From assembly GCF_018977255.1 (NCBI RefSeq), contig NW_024704743.1:8992001-9056000 (forward strand): a stretch of 64,000 bases of DNA. Direction: 5' to 3'. Position 1 is the stretch's first letter. Every line of letters begins with the position of its first letter. Position numbers and translations under genes: made by a program. Shown one piece after another: positions 36,281 to 50,775 of the stretch. Source of the stretch: Callorhinchus milii (lineage: Eukaryota). Under the pieces are notes generated by a model that saw only the letters and a list, made by a program, of their open reading frames with translations, was not told where the DNA came from and made no database searches.

Positions 36281-38816
36281 TAATTGCTAAATGTGATAAA
36301 GCACGATAAAATGAAAGTTAATTTCTTCTTTCTCTCTAATTTACTGCACTGTGTGAGGCAGAATTTAAATGCTCCGAGATGTTGTCTTACATAAAGGGCA
36401 TTACTGTATATTGTGATTGTTATTCCTCCTCATTCATCTTTTCATCTAGAGTTTTCCCTCATTTGAGATCTTCCATCCTTTCTAGTGTTTCAAATTTGTT
36501 CCACCTTTCACCTAATGCTAGTTTGGTAAAACAAAGCGTAAACCTTCAACGCTTTTTTTTCCATGAGAAAGTGTTTAGCACATCTTTTGTTTGTTTACAA
36601 ATGCACCATGTCATAAATCGCATAGAAATTCCTTGGCACAACAAACGCGTAGGATATGAACAGGAGGAAATTATGCCTTTCTGGTTTCTTCCTTCCTTTT
36701 CAAAATAGAGTTTGGAAAACAACAAACAACAAATATCCCCTCCTCTGCACTGCTCGCTCAGCCAACTGTCTGGCTCTTTCCCTGAAGTCGTCTCGGTCTT
36801 CCAAAGATGAATCTGTTCATCCATCTCAGATATTTATCTCCTTTAGCTGCTGTTCCTTCTGAACAGCTTGAATGCTTCTTTCAGATATGCTGCCAGGCTC
36901 AGAAGGGCTCAGGTTCAGAGCAAGTTTGGGATCAACAATATAATTAACATTTATTACCTTTCATTCCTGGTGGACATGTCAGAGTACTTAACACTGGTGG
37001 CTGGGCAGCCGAGCTAGGGATGAGAGCTGAAATGAGTGTCTGAGAGTGTGGGCGGGCATAGTGGGGGTGGTGGTGGGTGGTGGGGAGATAACCAAAAGTG
37101 CAGTCAAAGAGATATGTCTTGAGATGGAACTTGAACAAGGTAATCAGAGTGGGGCAGACACCAGGAAGTGCTGCTCAAAACTGTAATGGAAAGATGGCTG
37201 AAGCTATTGTGGTGCTGGAAGGATGTGATAAAATGGGCAAATGAGGTTTCTTGATCCAAATCTCTCTTGTGATCTTGTGAACATTACTTATCCACAGAGC
37301 AGCACCTGCTAGAAGGAGAAAACTGTCAATTTCAATGACAGATGGTAGCAATGACTTGCATCATTTTATGAATTGACAGCCTATAAGAAACTCATTATGC
37401 AAATATTGAGATGAAAAAATGTGAATGTTTCTTAACAAATTAGATTTTTCAATATTACTGAATAGATTGGTTTCAAAGAGTCAGCAGCGACACGATAGGC
37501 CTTCTGTGCTGCAAATCTCTATGGTTCTACGGATGTGAAGCCCCCTCTACCACCACCATCACTGCTCTCTAACTTTGACACAATGGTTGAGCTCAAAGCT
37601 GTCACCACCTCCATTGTTAGTGGATTATTATCGCTGATCCCAGAGTTGCGGCTGATTTCAGTGCCACATCAAGGGGTCCTAATGTAACTCAATCTGTACC
37701 GATACTTCCTAATGTTTAGCTTGCTCTCAGCCATATCTTACGTTGGAGCACTCTAGTCCTTAGTCCAGCTTTCCATGAAAATCAAGCCCCAACTAGCTAA
37801 GATAAAGGAAATGTTTTGAATTCCCCTCTTGATTGTCTGACCCCAGTGCCTGTGTTTCTAATGACTCCAGGGTTCCCGACTCTCAGAGAAGGAGAGAATT
37901 CCTTTCTTCCCCACTGCCACCAACTGTCATGGAAAAAGGCCAGGGATTAAACATTTGACAGCTCTCCTGTGTTAATAACTCTGTTGTAAGTGCCAACAGA
38001 TCTCAGCTGTTGACACCTTCACACACAGCCAGAAACAACTGAACAGTGATTAGCCCAGCTCCGACACTGCTCAAATTCACGACATCACTTTTATAGGAAT
38101 GATTCCACAGCCTTTTCCAAAATTAATCAGTATGTGTTTTCTATTCTGAATTCAAAATGCAACCCACCCAAGCCTACTGGATTAAATGAGCTGCCACGTT
38201 TGCCTCCATAACTGCAATCACTACGCTTCAAAGTGACTCACTGTTGTGTTGAAGAACTTTGACGTATTTCAGCTTGATATGAAATGCAAGTTCTGGACTA
38301 TTCTATTATTTATTATTACTGGAACTACTCAGTACCAAGTTTCATAAGTCCAAATATACCCCAGGCTGACAACAATTCACCTAATTTCCTCAACCAACAT
38401 TGTTACCCACCACATGCCAGTCTGCTCCTGGTCCCTCTGACACCAGAGCTCACTTGTTGCCAAACTCACTGCCTCTCCACACGTCACTTGTATTGGGTCA
38501 TCACCTCAATTGCAACTAGTCACCTCTGACTAAGAGGAGATGTCAAAGTAACACAGAAATAGCTCATTCCACCTATTAAGCCAATTTTGCTCTTCACAGC
38601 AAACTACTTCAGACAATTAAATAATAATAATAGTAGTAATAATCCTTGCATTTTACATCAGCAGGAAATCTTAAAGTACTTCATGGGATATATTGTAAAA
38701 TATAATGACTATGTATTTTGTAGGTGAATGTCACAGCTAATTTGCACAGAGCAATGTCCCACAAACAGCCATGAGATGAGTAACTGCTCATGATGATATA
38801 ATGCTCATCATGACAT

Positions 38817-39143
38817 AGAGCACTCACCTCGCAAGCGAGAGACCTGGATTCGTTTCCTGTCAGGGCGAAATGTTGGGCAAGTTTCTTAACTCCACATGGC
38901 TCTATTTACCTAGCAGTAAGTAGGAACCCGGTTGTTATTTGATTGGCGAATTGCTTTTCTGGGGATAATAATCCTTAAAAAAAAATTGGGTCACTCAATC
39001 CACGACTGTTTGTGGAACACTGCTGTGCGCAATTGGCTGCCACATTTCACCCACAAATATACAGTCAATTCATTTTACAGTATATTCTGTGAAGCACTTT
39101 GAGACGTCTACAAGAAGTAAAAAGCGCTATATCAAATGCAAGG

Positions 39144-39180
<37 letters not shown>
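38817..39180 (+). mobile_element. SINE family A with long (ATT)n tail
   Basis: agagcactcacctcgcaagcgagagacc head; about 12 ATT units at 39144-39180. Confidence 0.9.
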
Positions 39181-39181
<1 letters not shown>

Positions 39182-39495
39182 GGGAGCTGTCCAGGATGTA
39201 GAGGTGATTCAGAGGAGAGCAATGTGGATGATCCCCAGTGTTAGAATAATGAGCTGTGAGCAATGATTAGATACGTTAGGGCTCTTCAGTCGAGAGATTT
39301 CTCAAAGGGGACCTTATAGAGCTAAGTAAAATTTTAAATGCGGTTGAAACTGTAAACCCGGAAAAATATTGTAGGGTGCCTGAAGACAGTAGAACAAGAG
39401 GACAAAGGTTTATAGTTGTAAAGCACAATTTCAGTTTCCAAGAAATGTTTCTTCACCCAGAGGCTAATCAACAACTGGAAAAGTTACCAGGAACG
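39182..39495 (+). mobile_element. Decayed CR1 fragment
   Basis: IQRRAMWMIP, GDLIE, RTRGQ.F, FFTQR motifs. Confidence 0.72.
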
Positions 39496-41634
39496 TACTG
39501 AATTTTGGTTTGCAAACATTACAAGTTTGACCCCACTAGTGTTTCCTGCTTGTAAATCAATACCAAAAAGCAAATTAGTCAGTTCCATCCAGTTTACTGT
39601 GAAAATTGTGCTGACGTCTCGACTCCATTAACTCAGATCAAAAGCTTAAACCCTGGTTGTAAAAAAACAACAGAGACTTGTATTTGTGTATAATGTCTTT
39701 CACATAGGATAATGTCTCAAACCATCAAAGAGAAGAAAGATAGCAATTTCTTAACGTGGGGTCAATAAGGGGTAAGGGTATGGAAGGAGAATCTATTGTC
39801 TATTTTTGGTCTGAGAGACTTGCAATTCTCACATTCACTTCCATGGCAATTACATAATAATGCTTGCATTTGATATTGGGCGTATAAAGTAAAAATGTCC
39901 CAAAGCTTAGATTTCTGGGATTATGCAGCATGTCTACTTTGTGATTAACCTGTGTATGAATCAGTTCTATTTAGGCACAAATCAAGTGTAGTGTCTGTAT
40001 GTGGGTTTCTGATCAAATGATAAATGCATGTGTCTTTGCTCTGAAATGTTCGTTGTTTCAATTTATTTGTTGTTTGTGGTACCTTTCTGATAGTGAGTTA
40101 TTCTGGTCCATTAGCTCAGTGCATAATGCAATTTCCCATTTTAAATACGCTTCAAAATATTTACTGCATTGAGTGAGCAAAGCAGAGAACTCATACTGTT
40201 ATGTTATTTCACATGTTGTTTCCCTTCTTTTTCTTAGGTAATAAGCACTAGCAAAAACATGCTTTATCTCTACGAAAGCGATGCACACGCACGCTGGGAT
40301 GTGTTTTAAGCAGCAATTGTGACATTTGCGTGTTGCCTTTTATTCTGTTCCCAGTCTAGGCTGTCATTCATAAATAATAAACAATGAATAATTAAATAAT
40401 TAGATAGGTAGGTAGGCAGGCAGGTAGGTAGGTAGATAATTTGGTCATTCAATCCACGATTGTTTGTGGGATACTGCTGTACACAATTGGCTGCCATGTT
40501 TTGCACACAAAATATAGTCAATTCACTTGACAGTATATTCTGTGAAGTGCTTTGAGACGTCTCGACGATGTGATAAGGCGCTATATCAAATGCAAGGATT
40601 ATTATTATTATATTCCAATACACTTGCTAGGGGAGTGCTACGTGGTTGGAAAGAGACATAGCACTATCTGAAAAAGAACGGAATTTGTTCTGGAGTCCTG
40701 CCCAATAAACCCCCTGATAAAATTGATCATTCACTTCATGGCTCTTTATGGGACTCTTTATGCGCTCAAATTGACTGCTGTGCTTACCTACAAAAATACA
40801 CTTCAACATAAATCCTGGGAAGTGCTTCGAGATATTTCGTAGACATGATAAGGTGCTATATCAAATGCAAGGATCATTATTATTCTATAATAATGTTCTG
40901 TTCCTTTTTTTTCTACCTGCCTTACTTTCAATTTCACCTTAGATGCCAAGAGCAGAAACACACTTTCGTAGAGTGATCCTTGCAGTAAAACCTGAAAAAG
41001 TGAATGGCATGATTGGATCTACCAGTCTCAGAGTTAATATATGCTGAAACTGCTCAAGATTAATCACAGTGCCTGGCTACTGCTTACATAGGATAAGATA
41101 ACTTTAGTGCTGGTCAAAATTCAATTCACCAATCCAGAGCTCTCAAGAAGCACATTAATCTTATAGTCCTAATTGGGTGCTGGTAAATTGAATTTGAATA
41201 ATACAAACTCCTCAATATTTTCTAAGTTAATTCTAAACCAGTGAGTTGAGACAACATTGCCAGATGTACTTTTGCTAAATCGACCTGATTCATGCACAGG
41301 TTAATTGTGAAGTAGACTTCCTCCCCAAACTCAGAAACCCAAGCTTGACAAGACACAGAGAATGTAATCATTATGCTAAAAAGTAGGTCTTTGTAATGAA
41401 GTACTGTATGCTAATTATGTATGGTTTGCATATGTAAATTAGCATTACACAGGCTTTTCATTGCTGCACAAGAGAATGTAAGCTCATCAGACCACAGATA
41501 AAAAATGGAATCTAGTTCAGCATTACCTTCAAAATTCCTCATTAAGAAATTGCCTCTATATTGATCCCATTTGAAACCTGTGTAGGCTATGTAGTTTGAG
41601 TAAACAGCCATAAGCACTATCAGTTTTTGTCACA

Positions 41635-41890
41635 AGATTATAATACATCCTCGGAAGAAGTCCATTTGATCAAATCCTTACAGAACACCCATCCTACCAT
41701 CTTCCCATCACTTCATGATGTTTATCAAAAGTTTCTCAAATGAATCCAGCATCCTCATCTCAATCTCTCTTCCTCATACCCATTCAAGGAGTGAGTTCCC
41801 TATGTCTAAAGAAATACTTTCTGGTATCTGTCCTGAAAATGTCCTTCACAATCATGATCCTGTGCCTTCTTGTCCTGCTGTCTGGGTGTA
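41635..41890 (-). mobile_element. CR1 3' fragment
   Basis: DSRTRRH..FRTDTRKYFF (ORF 41784..42035). Confidence 0.7.
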
Positions 41891-43225
41891 CTGATCTGGG
41901 TTTATCTTGTACTATTTGGCATCCTGCATTATCTTCATTGCTGATTACCGTTGATGATGAAGATGGCTCCATTAAGATTGGTCTTAGAAGAGCATGACTC
42001 AGCAGGTCTACCTGTGCAAACACTGTACCCAACAAATCTCCAGCCCTCTTTGATCCTCATGAGCTGAAATCTTTCAAGTACCTTGTTTGGCAGAACAGAA
42101 CAAACCTCATAAATTTAGATACAATTGAGAAAGGGAGTTAACTGATCAAGCTGCAAAGCTCAAGTTGGGAAGATGTCTACCGGAGATTAACCACCTATTG
42201 ACTCCCTCAGTTCTCTGGGAGCACAACTCATCTCCTGTCTCATATCTGTATCTTGTGGAATGGATTCCTTTAATTGTTATTCGAAGCAATCTTAACATTA
42301 AATACGGAGGTTGATGCAGTTGTGGTACCTATTTTAGAGATGTTTAAGCTATTCTGTGCAACTTCAGTGATGACCTGCCGACAAATTCCACAAATTGCTG
42401 CAACAATTGATTTTTGAGTCATGTGATCTATGTATATTTGTACATATATTTTACATATAGATACATATACCTCCTTCAAGCTCTGTCTCAATACCTGCCT
42501 CATTGGGACGTCCTCCTGCATGAAAGGTGCTTCATAAATGCAAATTTGTATTGTATTTTTGCTCACAAAACACACAGTCAATACAGTCTACAATACATTC
42601 TGTGAAGCGCTTTAGATGTGTATAGTGATAAGGCACTATATCAAATGCAAGGATTATTATTCTTATTCTATATCAAGATTTAATGCAATGTCAAAGTATT
42701 GTGGATTATTTTGCCATCTTTATGTAACATTTACAATATGTCAGCACCGTTTTTGTGGCTCAGCCAAGCTTTCCTGTATTATTACTTTAAAAATATGGCA
42801 AGCAGCAGTGCCAATGCACAATGATGATAGCTGTCATCATTACCAGCAGCTGAGAAAATAATCTAATGCTGTCAGGAATACAAGTGTGCTTTCAGCACAA
42901 GTATCTCATAGATGTACAAGCAAACTGTTGGCAAGATGGAAAATGAATAAGTCTTTTACAAGTGAATCCAGGAAGAAATAATGTTGCACAGACCGTACTT
43001 AATCATTTGCTGCATCTCGATAACCTTTAGAACACAATATGGTAATGGATCAGCAGCAGTAATTTCCTTAAATCGACACAACGATCTTGGCATTTAGCCA
43101 AGAATCTACCTGGTTCAGGGCTTTGAGGTTGTCGGATCATCTGTTTTGTTCCAATCCTGAGAACAGCATTAGTTGGATGAGATGAATACATCCGATTTCC
43201 CCCACCCTCCTCAGCTTCTTCTGCA

Positions 43226-43226
<1 letters not shown>

Positions 43227-43263
<37 letters not shown>

Positions 43264-43264
43264 A
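43227..43264. repeat. (CA)n microsatellite
   Basis: Directly visible. Confidence 0.97.
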
Positions 43265-43754
43265 TCTCATCCCAGCTCGGGCTCCCAAATGGCTGTGTGA
43301 AGCACTTTGAGATTCCTCCCAATGTGATTTAAAATTTGGAACATCCTTGAATTCAGGTTTCAATTGATGTACCACTTTGACCATGATTTTAATCATCTTC
43401 CCCTTCCTACCCTCTACGTTCACACCTCGGCGCAAGTCTACTTTGTAATTAACTTCAGCTGCAATTCAGCTCAGGTGGCCAGCAAACAGTGTCAAGCATT
43501 TTGAGACATCCTCCTGATGTGAAAGGCGCTGTATAAATGTGAATTAATAATAATAATCCTTGCATTTGATATAGTGCCTTAACACATCGTCGAGATGACT
43601 CAAAGCACTTCACAGAATATACTTTAAAGTGAATCGACTGTACATTTTGTGGACAAATAATTCATTGAATTGTATTGTATTGGAAATTCAACAGCTGGTT
43701 TGGACCTGCAGAATAATGGCTTCCAAATTCAAATTAATTGTAAGAACCATCAAA

Positions 43755-44590
43755 ATTTAGAATACATCAGAATACATGAGAAAATACAGCACAGAAACGG
43801 GCCATTCAGCCCAACTGGTCTATGTCAGTGCTTATGCTCCACAGGAGCCTCCTCCTGCCCTTCCTCAACTAAGCCTTCAAGCAAAACCTTCTTTTCCTTT
43901 CTCCCTCATGTACCTATCTAGCTTTCCCTTAAATACATCTATGCTATTTGCCTCAACAACTCCTTGTGGTAGCCTAATCCGCATTCCCACTACTCTCTAT
44001 GTGAAGAAATTTCTTCTAACTTCCCTATTTGATCTATTTGTGACTATTTTATATTGATGGCCCTGGTTTTCGTCTCCCCCACAAGTGGAAACATCTTCCC
44101 TATGTCTACCCTATCAAAACCTTTCATCATTTTAAAGACCTTTATCAGGTCACCACTTACCCTCCTCTTTTCAAGAGAAAAGAGTCCAACCATGTTCAGC
44201 TTTTCCCGATAGATATAACCTCTCAGTTCTGGGATCATCCTAGTGAATCTCCTTTGCACCCTCTCCAGTGTCTCTGCATCCCTTCCATAATTTTTGAGAC
44301 GCATAGAAGACGTGAAAAGTGCTATATCAAATGCAAGGATTATTATTATATTATTATTATAATGTAGGGACCAGAGCTGCACGCAGTATTCTAGGTATGG
44401 TCTAACCAAGGTTCTATAGAAGTTTACCATAACTTCCCTGCTTTTCATTTCTGTCCCTCTAGAAATGAACTCCAATGTTTGCCTTTTTTATGGCCTTATT
44501 AACCTGTGTTGCTACTTTTAGTGAATTGTGTATGTGTACCCCTAGGTCCCTTTGCTCCTCTACCCCATTTAGGTTTTTATTTTCCAGAAT
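43755..44590 (-). mobile_element. CR1 LINE ORF2 C-terminus and 3' UTR, with a SINE tail inserted at about 44288-44362
   Basis: YRTLVRPYLEYCVQLWS..LERVQRRFTRMIP..GLFSLEKRR..GDLIKVFKMMKG (ORF 44044..44475). Confidence 0.92.
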
Positions 44591-46642
44591 TTACATGGTT
44601 GAGGTCATTCCGACCATCATGTCTGTGCTGTCTCTCTGTGAAAGAGCTATCCATCAAATCCCATTATCCTATCTTTTTTTGCACATCCTTTTCAGATATT
44701 TATCTAATTCCCCCTTAAAAAACACCATGGTTACAGAGACAGCCCTCTATGTAAAAGAGATTCTTATAACCTCTCCCATAGCTTTTCGGTAATTATCTTA
44801 GTTCCTCTAGTTACTGACTCAAAGACCCAGTGGAAATCATTTCTCCCTGTTTAGGGTTATCAAAACTCCCAAGAATTTTCCAAAATTCTTGACGAACTTA
44901 ATTTTTTGTGAAAATGGCCTGAAGTCTTAGCCCCAAAGGATTGTAGGCTTCTGGTTATTTCTCCAGAACAGAATCCAAGATCGACCACTTTCCTCCAGCC
45001 TCTCATTTCCATCCTGACCTGTATTATTAATATGCTCATTGCTGCCATTGCCAATATATTGTGGTAGGATGAAAGCTGCAGTTGTTAGATTAATACAATC
45101 TTTCCCAATTAGTCTCTACTAAGAGATGCCTTGCAGTGTGAACAGACCACTTTAAGTTAATCACTGGGACTTCAGGCACCAGATGTCTCTTTTTGCTTTT
45201 TAAAGCTGGCAAAGGACCTGTATTTCTCAGAGAGAGTAACGTAGTGGTGATTTAGATTTAACTCTCTTGCTGCTCGTGATTATTTATGTGGTATTTGTAA
45301 CTTTGCAGCATACGCTGCTCCAGCACTACCAGCTGAATTCTGTCGAAGAGTTAACTTTTACTTTAATTGATGTTAGGAACTGTCTAAATGCCGATTAAAC
45401 AAAACACAACTGGCCTTACCAAACAGAATGTCCTCTGTCTTCCCACGAAGACTCTTATTCAAATATGACACTGTTCCATTCTCATGATAACAGGCTGATG
45501 TTGAGTGAATGATGTTCCCCATGGGATTGTTTTTCTTCTATTAAACCAGTTTGTTTGTTGGGAATAGTAATTATCTAGAAGGGAAAAAAAGACTAAATTC
45601 CTTTTTTTGAAAGATCATATTCATCCCATATCTAAGCAAGGATTCAAGATAATAATAAAATGATAATAATCCTTGCATTTTGATATAGCACCTTATCACG
45701 CCTTCGAAACGTCTGAAAGTGCTTCACAGATTACACTGGAAAGTGAATTGATTGCACATTTTGTGGGTGAAACACAGCAGCCAATTGCAAACAACAGTGT
45801 CCCACGAACAGTCGTGGATTGAGTGACCAAATTATCATTACTAATTTTAAAAAAACTTTTTTTTGTAGGGATTATTACCCTAATAAAAGAAGCGTGTGGC
45901 AATAAGAGATTAAATATGGATGGGCGTGGGGGGAAAATGTGAGAGAAACAGATAACTGACAACTTTGCATCCCTTCACAGCAACAACTTGCATTTATATA
46001 GTGCCCTCCATGCCAGGTAGCATCACTTCCCTACAATGCAGAAATTATTATTATTTTTTTTTGGAGGGATTATTATCCCTGGAAAGCGATCCGCCGATTG
46101 ACTCACAACTGTGTACCTACTTACTGCTAGATAAACAGAGGCATGTGCAGTAAGGAAACTTGCCTAAGATTTTGCCCTGCATGGGAATCGAGTCTGGGTC
46201 CTCTCGCTTGCAAGGCGAGTACTCTAACCAATATGGTACAGGACTCCTTGGTTGATGCACTCCATTTGTAGTACAATATGTAGTACAACATGCTACAGGA
46301 CTCCACGATAGTTAAAGATGATTACCGCATAAATATGGGCAATGTGGACATCTAATACTTTATTGAATTGTGACAATATAACTCAACTCTGGTTTGAAAA
46401 AGTGAAGGAATTGAAGATGGTTACAGTACATAAATATGGCTAATATGGATATCTAATAAATAGTTCCCTTTTCGCCCACAAAATACACAGTCAATTCATT
46501 TAACAGTATATTCCGTGAAGTGCTTTTTTGAGACATCTCGAAGATGTGGTAAGGCACTATATCAAATGCAAGGATTATTATTACAGTTGGTGGCCTTACT
46601 TGTGTGAAAAACACACTGTACTAGGAAATACGTGTATCCATA

Positions 46643-47046
46643 TAATAATAATAATCCCTGCATTTGATATAGAGTTTTAGTATGTCATTGGAATGTTTCA
46701 AAACACTTCATAGAATATACCATAACGTTCAGTGACTGTGTATTTGCAGGTGAATGTACCATCCAATTTGCACACGGGAATTTCCCACAAACAGCCATGA
46801 AGCGAGTGACATTATTATCTAGAAATTGTTGGTCAGGACACAGGGAGAAACTCCCTCCTCTTTTCAAATAGTGCCATGGGATCTTTAACATCCACCTAAA
46901 CAGGCAGACCAGAGCTCGGCTTAATGTCTCATCCGAAAGACGTCACCTCCGACAATGTAGCACATTCCCAGCACTGCATTTGAATATGAGCTTAAATGGA
47001 GTGAGGTCAAAATCCCGAGTGACATCAACTGAGCCAGGCTGACACC
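46643..47046 (-). mobile_element. Family B Deu SINE, near full length
   Basis: gtgccatgggatctttaac, tctcatccgaaagac (Deu core), ..gagccaggctgacac. Confidence 0.88.
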
Positions 47047-47727
47047 CTTAAAAGAGTGCTTGTTATCTAAACCTTGCCTATGAATTCCTCTCTGCTCTGA
47101 CCTCTTATGATAACAGTGAGATCACCTACACAATTCTAATTATGCTGTTTCTCTGGTGGGTTGGTTAAGAGGCTTATCTTCCTCAAAATGTGTTGGCTTT
47201 AGTCAAAACAAAAATTAGTTTTTCATACATAAGCATCGTACATACATGTACTGGATCTATGCTGACATTAGTATGAGTCTATCAGGCTTCTCCAGGGAGG
47301 CATTCCACAGCTCATACTTATAGTAACATCGGAACAGAAAAGAACATTGAGGTCCATCTGGGCTGATCCCAAAGACTTTTTAAAAAAATTCTACACCTCG
47401 ATCTCTCAAAGACCTCAAATGATTCCTTCATCGATCGTGCTTATGGTCACCTCGTATCTCCCCCTGTTTCGGTGTCTGGCTCCACCACTGTTAACCACTC
47501 CGAGATGCTCTGAGGCTGGGTATCAATTGTAGAGCAATACCAGGGCTTAAGTTGGAAGATAAAGGGAGTAGAAACCATATGACCATAACAGTTGAGCTGA
47601 TAAATGACAGACTGATCATTAAATTTCCTCCATTTAGACTGCATCATCACAGGGCTGAGAACAGGCTGTATTCATCCCATGCCGAGGAAGAAGTTTGAAA
47701 TGTCAATCCCCACTAAGAATTAAACCT

Positions 47728-48512
47728 TAAACAACAACAACAACAACAAGATTACATTTGTGTAGTGCTTTTCACGTCGGGAGGACGTCCCAAGTCCTGG
47801 ACAGTGTGTAGCATTTCAGACCCGAGCTGGGGTCAGGGGGGAGAAGGAAGGGGAGAGGAAGGAGGGTGGCTGATGGCATGGTCAAAGAGGAGGGTTTTGA
47901 GGTGGGACTTGAAGGAGGCTAAGGAGGGGGCGAGGCGGAGGATTGGGGGATGGAATTCCAGAGGTTGGGGGCAGAGTGCTGAAGGCTCTCCCGCCAATGG
48001 TGGGGCGGGTGGGTCGGGGGACATGGAGCAGGCCAGAGCCGGCTGAGCGGGGTTGTTAGGGGGTTAAGAGGTCACAGAGGTAGGGTGGGGCGAGGCCATG
48101 GAGGGCTTTGTGGGTGAGGAGCAGGATCTTGAACTGGATCCTCTGAAGGATAGGGAGCCAATGGAGTTGGGCGAGAATGGAGGAGATGGGGTCACAGAGT
48201 TTGGTGCGGGAGAGGACACGGGCTGCAGAGTTTTGGATTATCTGCAGCCTTTGGAGGGAGGAGTTGGGAAGAACGACAAGCATAGTCGAGTCTGGAGGTG
48301 ATGAAAGCATGAACAAGAGCTTCAGCGGCCTGAAGGGTGAGGTAGTGGCTGAGTCGGGCGATGTTACGGAGGTGAGGGAAGGCAGAGCGGGTCATGGCTT
48401 GGATATGGGGAAGAAAACACAGTTAAGGGTCAAACAAGACACCTAGGTTCGTAACTAGCTTGGTGAGTTGCAGTGTGCAACCATGGAGGTTGATGCTGCC
48501 AGAGCCTGAGGT
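47728..48512 (-). mobile_element. L2 LINE 3' ~780 bp
   Basis: [42 protein letters not shown], (CAA)n tail. Confidence 0.92.
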
Positions 48513-48779
48513 TTCAACCACAGAAATGTGAGGTGAGTTCCCATGGGGCAGTGTTTGAGAATACGGTGTAACCTTGTTGGACCGCAGAAAAGGTGCTGAC
48601 ATTTTTCTAGCTGAATGACTACAAGTAATAATTTGACTTTCTCCTGATGAAAGGTGAATGTGAACCTTGCTGTTTCTTTTTATAGACCTACATCGAAAAC
48701 TAAAATAAACTTAGATTGTGCTTGGGGGATGGGTGGGAGGAGAGGAGAGGGAAGAGAGGAAGTTATTTATTTATTAATG

Positions 48780-49132
48780 GTCACCCAGTTGTCTGACACA
48801 TGTGGAAACCCAGCACCATGCTTAAGAATATCCAAACCAGACTAAGAGTTCCGATTATGTACGCCATCTACACATTCCCTCTGTCTGGAATTGGGACATG
48901 CACTCTCTTTCTGGAAGGACCACACAATTTACCTAATTTTGGAGAGTTTTAGTTGCAGGTTGGCAAGAGCCAAGGCTCGGGACTCCAGTGCGTGCGTTGG
49001 GGTACTACTGGAGTCAAACAAGCTAAAACCGCACAGATTGTCATTGGGAATACTGTCTGCCAAGCTTTCCCGCTGCTTGCCCAGCTAGGACTACCCTAGC
49101 CTTTAGGGCTCTGGCTTGCGGGGTTAACAGGA
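48780..49132 (-). mobile_element. Family T repeat copy
   Basis: Reverse complement aligns with 23955-24295. Confidence 0.75.
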
Positions 49133-50334
49133 ATGTCCAATTTCAATTTTCAGGTAAGAAAATGTAAGGATTCATAACCCAGTTGCATTATAAGTAAACC
49201 CACATCATGGCGAGCCATGTTATAATAGGCCTGTCCTACATGTCCAGTAATGAGCAGTTAAGTTGCATTGTTTCAGTGTTTAAATTGACAACTTGCTAAT
49301 TCAATGGACAAACCAATTATAAAACAAATCATGAGCTTAATATTTGAAAGATTAATTATTTTTATTCAACAACAACAAAATTAGATAAGTATAGCGCCTT
49401 TCATGTCGGAAGGACGTCCCAAGGCTCTGGACAATCAATTCAGAAAGTACGTTGTCTTACATTGCCATGCAAATTATTTTTATTTCAAAGTCGATCTTAC
49501 TTTCGCTTTTTTTTAAAAAATCATGAAACACACAAATTTGGAAACTGTACCAACAAGAAATGGGAATGGAAACCAAATGTTTAATCGAGCATTGAACACT
49601 GCGGCAATTGAAAAACATCCAGTTTTGGTGATACCAACACAAGATATGAAATGCAAGAAAGGCATAAAAAAGCACGATTCATTGCTTCAATCCCTCTGTA
49701 CTAAGATGAAGATAAGCACTTCTGTCCTGGGGCAAGATTACAACAGAGATATGGATAGAAATGGCCCTTTCTTCCTTTTTATCTAATTTTTTATGGCTCA
49801 ACAAGAGGGTATGGGGCAGGAGTAGAAGTAAGGTTTCATTGGAGGAACAAACTGAGATGGGACCTTGGTTTGACATCTCATTCAAAGGATGTCACCTCTG
49901 ACAATGCAGCATTCCCAAAGTACTATATTGTAGTGTCAGACTGGACTATGAGTTTCAAAGATCTGATGCTGCAGTTGTCAGTCTGGCTCAGTTGGTAGCA
50001 CTCTCACCTTTGAGTCAGACGTTTGTGGACTCAAAGTTTGTGGACTTTGAACTTTGCTTCATGCTGCTGTTATAGTGCTGGAGGAGTGCTGCATTGTCAG
50101 AAGTACCGTCTTTTGGATGAGATGTTAAACCTGCCTGTTCAGGTGGACATTAAAGATACGATGGCACTATTTGAAAAGTGAATGGAAGTTAAAAGAGTAG
50201 CTACAAGGGTATGGGGAAAGGGCAGGTAAAAGAGACTGCAAAGATTGCTTTTGAGGGAGGCAACACAGATATGATGGGCCGAATGGTCTCCTTTTGTGTC
50301 ATACATTTCTATGGTTTTTATGGGCGTTTATAAC

Positions 50335-50775
50335 AATAATAATCATAATCCTTGCATTTGGTATAGCGCCTTATTACATCATTGAGAAATCTCAAAGCAT
50401 TTTACAGAATATACAATAATAATCCTTGCGTTTGATATAGGCCTTATCAAGTCTTCGGGACACCCCAAAGTGCTTCACAGAATATACTGTAAAGTGAATT
50501 GACTGTATATACTGTGGGTGAAATACAGCAGCCAATTGTACACAGTAGTGTCCCACAAACAGTCGTGGATTGAGTGACCAAATTATTAATTTTTTTAAGG
50601 GACTATTACCCCCGGAAAGCGATCCGCCAATCGACTGACAACCGGGTTTCTACTTATTGCTAAGTAAACAGAGGCGTGTGGAGTAAAAAAACTTGCCTGA
50701 GGTTTCAGCCCGCCTGAGAATTTAACTGGGTCCTCGTTTGTGAAGCGAGTGCTCTAACCAATGTGCCACAGGTTC
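50335..50775 (-). mobile_element. SINE family A with a second tail segment
   Basis: Two successive aatccttgc..cacagaatatac tail blocks, then body and head. Confidence 0.85.

Noticed and set aside
36379..36862. Overlapping ORFs as exons of an unknown gene
   Set aside because: No recognisable homology, frequent stops in the extended frames and no convincing splice pair.
49523..49786. 87-aa ATG ORF in unique sequence
   Set aside because: No recognisable domain or gene context, and the length is compatible with chance.
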